A stretch of 63,986 nucleotides of DNA, counting the filler, from Octopus bimaculoides (taxonomy: Eukaryota): NCBI RefSeq assembly GCF_001194135.2. It is 7 parts of 6 records of this genome, joined end to end, with 100 filler letters (N's around TTAATTAATTAA, not from the genome) between each part and the next. Parts side by side here need not be neighbours in the genome. Positions count along the whole stretch, not along the records: positions 1 to 17,786 come from NC_068995.1; 6 more parts are not named here. One strand, written 5' to 3'. The position numbers were made by a program, and so were the translations under genes. The notes beneath the pieces are model-generated. The model had not been told where the DNA came from, made no database searches, and saw only the letters and a list, made by a program, of their open reading frames with translations. Shown piece after piece: positions 1 to 12,333 of this stretch (position 1 is its first letter; the number at the start of each line of letters is the position of its first letter).

Positions 1-180
1 ACGTAAAATACTGTCTATGTGATCTCAAATTTTTAAAGATTATCTAGAACAACACTGTACAAATTCAAATATATGGTACCCTAGGCATAACACCTACATG
101 AACTTCTAACTTGTTGTCTCTTGAGGTCTCTGGGTGAGACTTGGATCCAACTTGTACAAATGCAAAGCAAAAGTCAAACA

Positions 181-360
181 TAAAATAATAATAATAATAA
201 TAATCAGAAGAACAATTACAAAAACTACAGCAGTAATAAAACCATCATCATCAACACGACGACGACGACGACCACCACCACCACCACCACCACCAACAAC
301 AACAACAAAAACAACAACAACAGCAACAACAACAAAAACAGCAACAGCAACAATAGTAAT
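181..360. repeat. Compound trinucleotide microsatellite (TAA/GAC/CAC/AAC)
   Basis: Directly visible runs of taa, acg, cac and aac triplets. Confidence 0.95.
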
Positions 361-489
361 TTCAATACAAGATTATGTATTGTTTTTTAGTAATTTTAAA
401 ATAACCATTTTTTTGCATGCTGGCATCAATAGATAAATTATTGATAATGGTTGACAATTTCCATTAAGTTTAAAAGATAATTCTCGACT

Positions 490-512
490 ATATATATACA
501 CGTATATATGTA

Positions 513-564
<52 letters not shown>

Positions 565-807
565 TGTGTGTTCTTATATGTATATATACATACACAAATA
601 TATATATATTTATATTCGCATATAGACACACGTTTATACGTATGCTTGTATGTGTATAAATATGTATTTTGACATGAAACATAATAGCAATTATAAACAC
701 TCTGGAATATATTTAGTTTAATCACTCTCAATAAATACGAAAATGTAGAAAAAAAACAAAACAATAATGATTTCTTTCAGTTCTTTTTTTTTTCAATAAT
801 GGTTTCG

Positions 808-868
<61 letters not shown>

Positions 869-1038
869 TATAATAAAAAACACCAGGAACAGCATCAAGG
901 ATATTAATGACGATGATGAGGATGATATTACTAACAACAACAACAGCACCACCACCACCACCACCAACAATAATAACCACATTAAAAATAATAACAACAA
1001 CAACAACAACAATAATGATAATGATAATGATGATGATG

Positions 1039-1075
<37 letters not shown>

Positions 1076-1100
1076 TAATTATTATTATTATTGTTATTTG
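490..1100. repeat. (TG)n/(TA)n tract followed by (ATA)n/(AAC)n/(ATG)n tracts
   Basis: Directly visible; explains the poly-I, poly-Y and HT-repeat ORFs in the track. Confidence 0.95.
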
Positions 1101-1544
1101 AATGATTAAAAAATAAACCAACACAGGTTAAAATTGTGTTTTGTAGTCAATTGACTGGCAGTTAATAGAGCACAAAGGAAATTTATTATGATTGCTGCAA
1201 CTCTGACAGGAAGCCATAAAAGAGGTACATGGTTTTATACCTACCATCCTCTGCCTCTCCCAGGCAGGAACTCCCTGATCCAGCATCAACATAAGCTACG
1301 TACTGCAAGCGTTCTCCCTTTCTACACTGCCAAGGTTTGTAATAATCTCTAATGAACGGACAAGCATCGATGGTTCTTTTAATAAAGTTAAATGATTTTA
1401 CCCGATAGGTTCAATGTATAATGTATATGTGGTGGGAGGTGGAGGAGGAGGAGGAGGAGTTGTGGTGATGGTGGTGGCAGTATGGGTAAAAATGCTATGT
1501 TCTCAGCTTGGTGCTTTGCAACAACATAAAAATGGATAAAACAC

Positions 1545-1723
1545 ACATACACACACACACATATATATATACTGTACATACATATACATATGCATACATG
1601 CATACATACACACATACATGTGCATACACACAGACACACATATATACATACATACATATACATACACATATACATATGCATTTCCCTACATATATACCTG
1701 CATACATACATACACGCATTCAT

Positions 1724-1757
<34 letters not shown>

Positions 1758-1900
1758 GTGTGTGTGTGTATGTATGTATGTACGTATGTATGTCTCTCTC
1801 TCCCTTCCCCCTGTCCCCCTCTCTCTCTATATAATGTACATATACATACACATGCATACATACACAAATACATGTGTACACACACGCACACACGCACACA

Positions 1901-1957
<57 letters not shown>

Positions 1958-2130
1958 TGTACATACATATGCATACATGCATATACACAGACACACAGAC
2001 ACACACACATATATACATAATATATGCACATATACATATGCATTTCCCTACATATATACCTGCATACATACATACACGCATGCATGCATGCAGGCAGGCA
2101 CGCACATACACACACACACACACACACGAC
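1545..2130. repeat. Compound dinucleotide tract with internal block duplication
   Basis: The block catatacatatgcatttccctacatatatacctgcatacatacatacacgcat occurs at about 1668 and about 2029 within CA/TA repeats. Confidence 0.85.
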
Positions 2131-2301
2131 TAAATTAATTGTTGTATGTGTTTAGTTAAATGTGTCGATATTGTCGATGGTGAGTTATAACTATGTCTTG
2201 GTTTATTCATTTCTCTCCAATATATTTGTGTTCGATAGTTTTGGGATCTGTATGAATAAAAGCCATCTTCCTGCTTTCGCGACCTCGATATATTCTTTTC
2301 T

Positions 2302-2490
2302 ACTCTAGGCACAAGGCCCAAAATTTTTGGTGGGGAGGAGACCAGTCGATTAGATCGACCCCAGTACGCAACTCGTACTTAATTTATCGACCCCGAAAGG
2401 ATGAAAGGCAAAGTCGACCTCGGCGGAATTTGAACTCAGAACGTAAAGACGGATGAAATATTGCTAAGTATTTCACTCGGCGTGCTAACT
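2302..2490 (-). mobile_element. SINE family A (tRNA-type head, GTCGAC..GCCTTTCATCCTTTCGGGGTCGATAAA body)
   Basis: The reverse complement has a B-box-like GAGTTCAAATTCC, and the same body is repeated more than a dozen times in the window. Confidence 0.85.
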
Positions 2491-2542
2491 CGTCACCTTG
2501 CGACCTCCGTATATTAAAGGAAATACGCTCATGTGTACAAAA

Positions 2543-2872
2543 TCGATACCAGGACTTATTTTCTAAACCCTAGCAATTATTGTATCGGTGTCATTACCCA
2601 ACCGCTAAGTTGCGAGGACGTAAACACACCAACACCTATTGCTAAACGGTGGTGGTGGTGGTGGTGGGGGACAAACACGGACACAAAGACACACACACAC
2701 ATATAGAAGCGTGTGTGTGTGTGTGTGTGTACGACGGTATTCTTTCAGTCTCCGTTTACCAAATCCATTCACAAGGCTTTGGTTGACCTGAGGCTAGTGT
2801 AGAAGACACTTGCCCAAGTTGCCACGCAGTGGGACTGAACCTAGAACCATATGGTTGGGATGCAAGCTTATT
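2543..2872 (-). mobile_element. SINE family B (CTTGGGCAAGTGTCTTCTAC..GGATTTGGTAGACGGAAACTGAAAGAAG body with internal (TG)n)
   Basis: Matches copies at 26305, 43372 and 56250; B-box-like GGTTCAGTCCC. Confidence 0.8.
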
Positions 2873-4967
2873 GCGGTGTTAATAGTAATGATGTTGCTAT
2901 GATGATAATGATCCTATGATGGAGGTGCTTATAGTGATGATGATGATGTTGTTGGTGCATACGGCGGTTTGTGTTGAACTCCTGGCTATTCACTTTCAAA
3001 CTAACGTATGCTCAAAGACATTCCAACCATAACCGACCAATCCTTTTTCCGACATTGCTTATCTTAAGTCTACACAAACCGATCTGTCCACGCGTTTCTT
3101 AATATTTTTGGGCATCATTTCATAGAGATTTGGCTTCTATTTTTAGTAGATCGAACACAGTCTCTCACATTCTCTGTTGCGCAACATAGTTCTGTTGATG
3201 ATGTTGTTTTGCCCCAGTTTAACTCTGATCGAATAAACATATGATCAAAGACAATCCATTCAAGACCATCGCGTCGTTCATAAGTATACTGGACTACATA
3301 ATTCATTGTAGCTTTCCTTTTGGCGGTGATGTTAATGATGGTGATGATGGTGGTGGTGTTAGTGATGGTGATGGTTGCGGCGATGGCGATGGTAGTTATG
3401 ATGGTTGTAATGATGTTGGTGGCGGGGGTGATAATGATGATGATGATGGTGGTGGGGCTGATAGTGTTGATGCTATCGATTAGCATTAATTTAATGTGCT
3501 TACACTGTTTATCTTGGCAAATGTCCATAATAAAAAAGCAAAACAGAGAGGGCTTATATCAACAAACATATACATACATGCATACATACACACATATATA
3601 CACACATATACGTATATATGTATACGTACGCAGAAATACACAAACACACACACAAACACGCACACACTACGAAGTTATTTACACAGGCGAGTACATACAC
3701 AACATCTACACTTATACACACAATCGCTCAAGTTCACACACCACGTACACAGAGACACGCACCTCAAACACATACACNNNNNNNNNNNNNNNNNNNNNNN
3801 NNNNNNNNNNNNNNNNNNNNNNNNNNNNNNNNNNNNNNNNNNNNNNNNNNNNNNNNNNNNNNNNNNNNNNNNNNNNNNNNNNNNNNNNNNNNNNNNNNNN
3901 NNNNNNNNNNNNNNNNNNNNNNNNNNNNNNNNNNNNNNNNNNNNNNNNNNNNNNNNNNNNNNNNNNNNNNNNNNNNNNNNNNNNNNNNNNNNNNNNNNNN
4001 NNNNNNNNNNNNNNNNNNNNNNNNNNNNNNNNNNNNNNNNNNNNNNNNNNNNNNNNNNNACCACCTTCACCACCACCGCCACCGCCACCGCCGCCACCTG
4101 AAGTGTCCATAAAGATTTATAAGTGTATTCAAGACAGCAAAAATCAATCAAAGCCACTTCATTATCTTTGATCATTTTGATCAACTAATTAATAAATTAC
4201 AATATTTATCTCCATCAGAATCTGTCAGTAATAAGGAGAAGGAGTGAGATAATTAAAGCCCCACGATCGTCACCCTGCCCACACCTCTTCTGACCTGCCC
4301 TCCTCCAGTCAGTTGACCCTCCCCCATCCACCCACTACTTTTTCCAACATTTTGGACGCTGTTGCTTTTATTTTACCGCAAGTCAATCTTCAACAAGTAA
4401 ATCTATGGTCAAAGGCGTTTCGGCCATGACCATCCCGCATATTTTGTACTTGTGTCTTTCCTGTTGTTTAACCCTAGGTCAGCGCAGGCACATTAAAGCA
4501 ATGTTCAACAGCGTTCCAACCGTGACGCTGCTGTATTTTTGTATATCTAGGACTACTAATCTTAAAGATATAAGGGTGTGATTTGAGGGATGTTTTGCTT
4601 GCTATATCGAACAGCCACATAAAGGCTCCCTGGCTGGCGGTACGGTAAGGTGGTACATACTTAATGAATTGAAAAACTTCCACTAAATAAAATTATCCGA
4701 GCAATTAACAATAAAACCTCCCTTTATGAAGTGTTTAAAATCTAAAAACAGCAACCAGTAATGATAATTTCAAGAAAATTAATAGGTCATGATAAAGATA
4801 TCATGGGAATGGATCTACGCAGACATTGGTAGGTTGGGAGTGGATTAGACGCTGAAAACAAATGGTGAAAGCAATAGACATATCTCGGCTTTATTCCACC
4901 TCCTCAGTAAAGCGTATTCTACTCAGTTGGCATGACTAAGAGATGATTAACATGTGTATGTATATAT

Positions 4968-5124
4968 ATATTCTGATAAATTTGAAAGTGTCTCTAAAAA
5001 AATTCACGGTAGTTTTTGGCCATGCGACACCAAAAATCAACGATAAGAAAGGCACTTACGAATTCATCGGCCAGTGAGTTTCGGCATCTCACCTCTAGAG
5101 ACACTTTCAAATTTATCAGAATAT
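4968..5124. mobile_element. MITE-like element with perfect 29-bp inverted arms
   Basis: ATATTCTGATAAATTTGAAAGTGTCTCTA (4968-4996) is the exact reverse complement of 5096-5124. The outer TA dinucleotides could be a Tc1/mariner-type TSD. Confidence 0.7.
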
Positions 5125-5644
5125 TTGGACTGAAGATTGGAATAGAGAAATTTTCTTTCGCTTAACCATGAAACGATTCGTATCCAATTAACTAAAGACT
5201 TGTTTTGTTTATGCTTTTCCCTCCGGCTTTTTGTTCTATGTGTGCCATAAATATCGCCATCCGTTTAGAGAAANNNNNNNNNNNNNNNNNNNNNNNNNNN
5301 NNNNNNNNNNNNNNNNNNNNNNNNNNNNNNNNNNNNNNNNNNNNNNNNNNNNNNNNNNNNNNNNNNNNNNNNNNNNNNNNNNNNNNNNNNNNNNNNNNNN
5401 NNNNNNNNNNNNNNNNNNNNNNNNNNNNNNNNNNNNNNNNNNNNNNNNNNNNNNNNNNNNNNNNNNNNNNNNNNNNNNNNNNNNNNNNNNNNNNNNNNNN
5501 NNNNNNNNNNNNNNNNNNNNNNNNNNNNNNNNNNNNNNNNNNNNNNNNNNNNNNNNNNNNNNNNNNNNNNNNNNNNNNNNNNNNNNNNNNNNNNNNNNNN
5601 NNNNNNNNNNNNNNNNNNNNNNNNNNNNNNNNNNNNNNNNNNNN

Positions 5645-5692
<48 letters not shown>

Positions 5693-5740
5693 GTGTGTGC
5701 GAGTGTGTGTTTGTTTTTGCATGTGTTTGTGTGTGAATGC

Positions 5741-6060
5741 GCGTGGCTTAGTGGTAAGGATATTCGGTCAGGATCGTAAGGTCGTGAGTTTGAAAACCAG
5801 GTGTGCGTTTTGTCCTTGAGCAAGATGTTTTATTTCACGTTGCTCCAGTCCACCCAGCTGACAAACAATGGATAGTACCTATAATTCAAAATGGCCAACC
5901 TTTTCATATTCTGCGTCACACTAAACCTCTCTGAGAACTACGTTAACGGTTTGCTTGTCCGAGGAGCGCTCAGCCACTTGCATGCTAATTTTACGAGCAA
6001 GCTGTTCCGTTGATCGGATCAACTGGAACATTCGCCATCGTAATCGACGGAAGGCTAGAG
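5741..6060 (+). mobile_element. SINE family D (tRNA-type head, TGTCCTTGAGCAAGA CORE-like segment)
   Basis: A-box-like TAGTGGTAAGG; colinear with the copy at 44375-44675. Confidence 0.75.
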
Positions 6061-6428
6061 TATGTCTGTATATATGTATGGATGTATGTGTGTATGCATA
6101 TATGTATGTGTGTTGATACTGATTATGATTATCAACAGTATGGCTGTTAGAATATATCTCAGAGGTAAAATTACATAGTAAATACTAATGTATTTAGGTC
6201 TAAGGAAACCATGAACGAATACCACAATCTCATGTTCTTCCTTTATCTATAAATGAATAAAAAAAAATACACTAGACGTGGATACACATGCAAGAAATAT
6301 CATTCTCTTTTGTCGTGTAAAGATACAAACATACGCTTACAAGAAGTGTTTATAAACTTCAGCCATGTAACTACACACATGCTTTTCTTGGACTATTCTT
6401 TTCCTTCTCTCCAGTCTTTTTTTGTTTC

Positions 6429-6465
6429 CTCTTTCTGACGAAGAGCCATGCCCGAATCGTCACAC
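6429..6465 (+). ncRNA. Decayed minimal hammerhead-like motif in a PLE-type tail
   Basis: CTGACGA-A-GAGC-cat-GCCC-GAATC-GTC. The core has a GAAAC>GAATC change and stem II has one mismatch. Confidence 0.4.
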
Positions 6466-6693
6466 ACACCATCTTTTTTTCCCATCTTAAACTGAGCGTC
6501 AACCTAATACATTCACTCTGTACGTCCTTTTCAATTTTGCTTTGTTCTTATCTTTATTTTCCAATTGTGTGTGTGTATGTGTGTGTGTAGATCAAAATCC
6601 TTCCTCAGTCATAGGCCACAAAGCCAGTTTCCCGGATCCTGTGGGGGATAATTTCCAATCCCCTGGACATATATATCTACACGCGCAAACGTG

Positions 6694-6762
<69 letters not shown>

Positions 6763-7547
6763 NNNNNNNNNNNNNNNNNNNNNNNNNNNNNNNNNNNNNN
6801 NNNNNNNNNNNNNNNNNNNNNNNNNNNNNNNNNNNNNNNNNNNNNNNNNNNNNNNNNNNNNNNNNNNNNNNNNNNNNNNNNNNNNNNNNNNNNNNNNNNN
6901 NNNNNNNNNNNNNNNNNNNNNNNNNNNNNNNNNNNNNNNNNNNNNNNNNNNNNNNNNNNNNNNNNNNNNNNNNNNNNNNNNNNNNNNNNNNNNNNNNNNN
7001 NNNNNNNNNNNNNNNNNNNNNNNNNNNNNNNNNNNNNNNNNNNNNNNNNNNNNNNNNNNNNNNNNNNNNNNNNNNNNNNNNNNNNNNNNNNNNNNNNNNN
7101 NNNNNNNNNNNNNNNNNNNNNNNNNNNNNNNNNNNNNNNNNNNNNNNNNNNNNNNNNNNNNNNNNNNNNNNNNNNNNNNNNNNNNNNNNNNNNNNNNNNN
7201 NNNNNNNNNNNNNNNNNNNNNNNNNNNNNNNNNNNNNNNNNNNNNNNNNNNNNNNNNNNNNNNNNNNNNNNNNNNNNNNNNNNNNNNNNNNNNNNNNNNN
7301 NNNNNNNNNNNNNNNNNNNNNNNNNNNNNNNNNNNNNNNNNNNNNNNNNNNNNNNNNNNNNNNNNNNNNNNATGTGTGTGTGTATGTGTGTGTGTGTATG
7401 TGTGTGTGTATGTGTGTGTGTATGTGTGTGTGTGTATGTTTGTGTGTGTATGTGTGTGTGTGTATGTGTGTGTGTGTATGTGTGTGTGTGTATGTGTGTG
7501 TGTGTGTGTATATATACATATATATATTCATTTTTCTTTATTATTTT

Positions 7548-7715
7548 ACGTTTCAGTCATTTGACTACGGCCATGCTGGAGCACCACCTTTAGTCGAACA
7601 AATCGACCCCCAGGACGTAACGGTTTATTTTTCCGAGCCGCTAAGTTACGGGGACGTAAACACACCAACATCGGTTGTCAAGTGATGGTAGAGGACAAAC
7701 ACAGACACACAAGCA
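7548..7715 (-). mobile_element. SINE family B, 3' portion
   Basis: Matches 34866-35070 and 56945-57155. Confidence 0.8.
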
Positions 7716-8237
7716 CAAGGTAGAAATTGCTAAAATAATTTTATAAAAAGCATTTCAGTACCGGTTTCAGTTTGAGACTTTTTCACCTGTAAGTATGCAA
7801 AATAATTAAATTTTGGAAAAATTAAATGAAAAGTTTTTTAAAAGAATATTTGCATAGTATTCAAATACAAAGGGCAATTTCTTTGTTTCTGCCTCTCTCT
7901 GTCTCGGGCTTGTATTATATATATGTGTGTGTTTGTGTATGTGTGNNNNNNNNNNNNNNNNNNNNNNNNNNNNNNNNNNNNNNNNNNNNNNNNNNNNNNN
8001 NNNNNNNNNNNNNNNNNNNNNNNNNNNNNNNNNNNNNNNNNNNNNNNNNNNNNNNNNNNNNNNNNNNNNNNNNNNNNNNNNNNNNNNNNNNNNNNNNNNN
8101 NNNNNNNNNNNNNNNNNNNNNNNNNNNNNNNNNNNNNNNNNNNNNNNNNNNNNNNNNNNNNNNNNNNNNNNNNNNNNNNNNNTCTTCTTCTTCTTCTTCT
8201 TCTTCTTCTTCTTCTTCTTCCTCCCCCCTCTTCCTCC

Positions 8238-8690
8238 TCCCATATTCGGGATACTTTTGATTTTGTGTCTAAAATCAACAACTTTTTTTAAGCACCGAGG
8301 CCGTATCGGGAACTGTTTTTTGGTAACCATGGATGTTTCTTCCTTATATCCCAATATTGACCACGATGATGGCGTAGAAGCATCCATAGATGCCTTCGAA
8401 AAACGGTCAAACAAAAGTTTTCCATCAAATTTTCTCTGTAGATTATTGAGATTTGTGTTACAAAGTAGCACAATGAAATTTGGACGTAGATTTTACCACC
8501 AGATGAGGGGTTGCGCCATGGGTACTCCAATAGTAGTTAATTTCGGTAATGTCTTCATAACGAAATTCGAGACACAGCTACTGAAGACATTCAAATCCTT
8601 TCATGATCGTGAACCAATACTTTGGTTACGGTTCATCGATGACGTCTTTTTTGTCTGGGAAGGATCACAGGATAGTTTGACTTCTTGCAT
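8238..8690 (+). mobile_element. Penelope-like element reverse transcriptase fragment (frameshifted)
   Basis: SHIRDTFDFVSKI, then a frameshift at the T-run near 8285, then LVTMDVSSLYPNI, QMRGCAMGTP and WLRFIDDVFFVW, which are PLE RT motifs. Confidence 0.9.
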
Positions 8691-10119
8691 TTCTGTGACT
8701 GTTATGCTAAAAACATTTTGCTTCAAACGGCTGCAATTTTGAAAAAGACTTCTAAAGGGCATATTCTCAGAAAATATTCTGAATCTGTTTCACTTTCACT
8801 TCTCAGAATGCATGAGGAGAAATATGTTGCGGGTTATTAACATCAGGCCCTGGAGGAATGAATAAAATGACAGATTATCATCAAATTTATACAAAACTGT
8901 TTGATTAAATATTCTTCTTTTTTTACTTTTCTTTTTTTTCTTTCCCCTTTCTTTCTGTCTTTTTTTCTGTCTTTTTCTTTTCGCCTGTTATAAGGTTGAA
9001 ACTTAAAGACTGATGATGTCATTCCATCAACGTGTGGACGCTGGTTTCTCTCGTTTTATCTAAAAACGGTGTTTTATCTAGTTTATAACAGTTTTGACTA
9101 TGATTATTTCTTGAGTAGGAATCTATGGTGATAAACCCGTCACTTATAACTTAATTATAAGTATTTATCGCCATACATAAATCTTAACTCAGGCCTTGCA
9201 TAAACGCTGTGGTGAATTATACACACCACAAAACGCTGAACGTGCATGTATGTTGAAGATAATAAAGCTCGCTGTTTTTCACCGCAATAATAACAGTTTG
9301 ATAGTTGCAGAAATAAATTTCATCAACAGGTTGAAGAAAATGAAAGAAAAGAAATTATTTACTAAATTAGTTTATTTACGTTCATTTAATATTTACAGTA
9401 CATTTTTATAAGTCAAAAGAAGACTGTTGTAGAGAGTTACGACATAAAATTTATATTAACTAATTCTTCCATACGAAGTTACAAAAGTTTTAAACAACAA
9501 TTCAAAATAGTCTTGTTGAATTAGATATGAGACATGGTATAACAATAGCTAATGTCTCAAGAAAGTGAGTGTCGTGGAATTGAGTGACAACCAACGAACA
9601 CTGATTAATTTCCCCCAAATCAGGGTTTCTATAACTGCTCATACCTGAATTCTAAGAACCATATTTCGTGGAAGATTTCTCTTTGGCGAAAGTTAGAATT
9701 CAAATATGGGCAGTAATTGTAACCAATGGGAAACTAATAATTATACCTATTTGGCCAACATGACCATCACGTCATATTACCGCCGATAAAGGTTTATTAT
9801 AACTTGCTACAATACTTTGAATGTAAATTTCTATAATTGTGAATTTTTACCACTTCTTATTTTGAACTCAACAAAGACAAGCTTACTGTCGAAATATCGT
9901 TCGACCAATAAAGTATCACTTACAATCGAATCGCGCTCTTCGTCTTGACTGTTTACCTTTGTGAAGAGTTACGTCAATCCTTTAAAAATATTATTGTTCC
10001 GTTTTCTTCCTCTGTTTAGACGAACTTTCCTACTTTTTCGGACAAAACCTTTTGTAACCTTCGTCCTGTCTTTGTCCTTATATGTTTTTAATTGATATTA
10101 GCCCTTGTGACCAATAAAA

Positions 10120-10122
10120 CGA

Positions 10123-10182
<60 letters not shown>

Positions 10183-10366
10183 ACCTGGCGGAATGCTTAG
10201 CGGTATTTTGACTGTCTTTATGTTCTAATTTCAAATGCCGCCGAAGTCAACTTTGCCTTTCATCATTTCGGGGTCAATGAATTAAGTACCAATGAACTAC
10301 TGGGGTCGATGAAATCGACTATTCCCCTCCCCCTAAATTTCAGGCCTTGTATCTTTAGTAGAAAGG

Positions 10367-10443
<77 letters not shown>

Positions 10444-10492
10444 TATTATCATTATTATTATTATTATTAATATCATTATTATTATTATTATT
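10120..10492 (+). mobile_element. SINE family A (about 10186-10370) between two (TTA)n tracts
   Basis: Family A body followed by an (ATT)n tail of about 120 bp; a further (TTA)n lies upstream. Confidence 0.85.
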
Positions 10493-10580
10493 CAGTAGTC
10501 TTATTTTTATCACGTGCTTTCAGTGCACTACTGAGCGCAACCTTGTGTGCACTGGACATGTGCCGTGGTTTGTTGCGTCC
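10493..10580 (-). mobile_element. R4/Dong-type LINE 3' UTR remnant ending in (TAA)n
   Basis: Similar to 63703-63790, which is contiguous with the restriction-like endonuclease coding region. Confidence 0.65.
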
Positions 10581-12333
10581 CTTTAAGGTTCAGGTTCAAT
10601 TCATTATCATGTCAACTTAATGTTGTTAGTTTTTGTCCTTAAAGTGGACCCTAATAGTTCGACCTATGATTGAAGACGTTCCAACAATGACCAGATTTTT
10701 GTTATTTCCTTCATAATTTACTCTAGCTTACACACTCATTTCTAGCAAATCTAACAGCCACACAGGGGTTCCATAGTTAGTTCACCCATTGTTGGATTCA
10801 CACATTGTTTATCATAGACAAGGGTATTACTGTTCAACCACCATATCATAGTTTTTGATTAGCAGTGTTAAACCAATTAAAAGTTGGATTACTCACTGAC
10901 TCTGATTACTCTCCAGAGTCGAAAAGATTTATAAATGAGTCCTTTCTATAATTTAATACTAATTTAAATAGACACTTAATTAGCAGTTTTAGGAAAAAGC
11001 TAATAAAGTTTGTTGCTTTCTACTTTTTTTTTTTATAATTTACAACAGTGATAATGATAAATTAGCAACAGATGGTGCTCGCACTCACGATTCATAAATT
11101 TCATCTATTTTTAATTAATTTTTTTTTCTGGCTTAATTCTATGGAGAGGAAGTCTATTAAACAGCTTACACTCACAAAAAGAAACAAAACAAACAAACAA
11201 ATAAACAAACAAACAATAAAAAAAGGAAATAAAGAGAAAAGCAAAACAAAACGGACTGAATAAATTTTACAAAATGCAAAATAAGAAACTAGATGTTAAT
11301 ATTTATAAATTCTGTAAAATAACATATGCCTGNNNNNNNNNNNNNNNNNNNNNNNNNNNNNNNNNNNNNNNNNNNNNNNNNNNNNNNNNNNNNNNNNNNN
11401 NNNNNNNNNNNNNNNNNNNNNNNNNNNNNNNNNNNNNNNNNNNNNNNNNNNNNNNNNNNNNNNNNNNNNNNNNNNNNNNNNNNNNNNNNNNNNNNNNNNN
11501 NNNNNNNNNNNNNNNNNNNNNNNNNNNNNNNNNNNNNNNNNNNNNNNNNNNNNNNNNNNNNNNNNNNNNNNNNNNNNNNNNNNNNNNNNNNNNNNNNNNN
11601 NNNNNNNNNNNNNNNNNNNNNNNNNNNNNNNNNNNNNNNNNNNNNNNNNNNNNNNNNNNNNNNNNNNNNNNNNNNNNNNNNNNNNNNNNNNNNNNNNNNN
11701 NNNNNNNNNNNNNNNNNNNNNNNNNNNNNNNNNNNNNNNNNNNNNNNNNNNNNNNNNNNNNNNNNNNNNNNNNNNNNNNNNNNNNNNNNNNNNNNNGACT
11801 ATAGTTTCAAAATCAATACTTCCAAAATAAAAGTATCTATTTATCATCAGTACAGATTGCCGATATTCTTATAATCGAACAGAATCTCGTGCTAGTTGTC
11901 TTCAACCAGTGAAAACGTGCACGTGATTCTATCCATTATAAAGATTAAAATTCAAAAGTCTTAGTTTTGGCGCGCTGAATCCGGAAAATATCTCCGCAGA
12001 AAATAATTTCTGCTTTGAATTTACCAACTTTGAGAAATGTGATCATGAAATTTTTTCATGAACAATTCTGATTATTTTAATGTGTTAGTTTCCTGGTATT
12101 AAATTGATATTAATTAATATCGAATTTTTACCATATTATGTTAATCATATGTATATATATAAGCAATTATTTGGACGTTGGGTATATGGTTAATAGTATG
12201 CCGATTAAAGCACTCTGATGTCATCCACAGTAATGATATGTGTCACTAGTTTCACGTGAAGAATTCCGCAGTGTTCGTTGAGTTTATAATGAATGAGGGA
12301 GACGGAAAATGGAGTTTGTAAGAAACTTTATTC

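Noticed and set aside
1388-2138. His/Thr- and Cys/Val-rich ORFs
   Set aside because: They are translations of CA/TG/TA dinucleotide repeats.
5741-5810. tRNA-like sequences with A/B boxes (many places)
   Set aside because: They continue into SINE bodies and lack a complete cloverleaf, so they are SINE heads rather than tRNA genes.
9005-9045. CTGATGA downstream of the PLE RT fragment
   Set aside because: There is no GAAA element and stem II overlaps the core, so it cannot be folded as a hammerhead.
9866-9912. GACA-loop-TGTC-GAAAT..AATAAA hammerhead-like remnant
   Set aside because: The CUGANGA core is unrecognisable; at most a dead relic.
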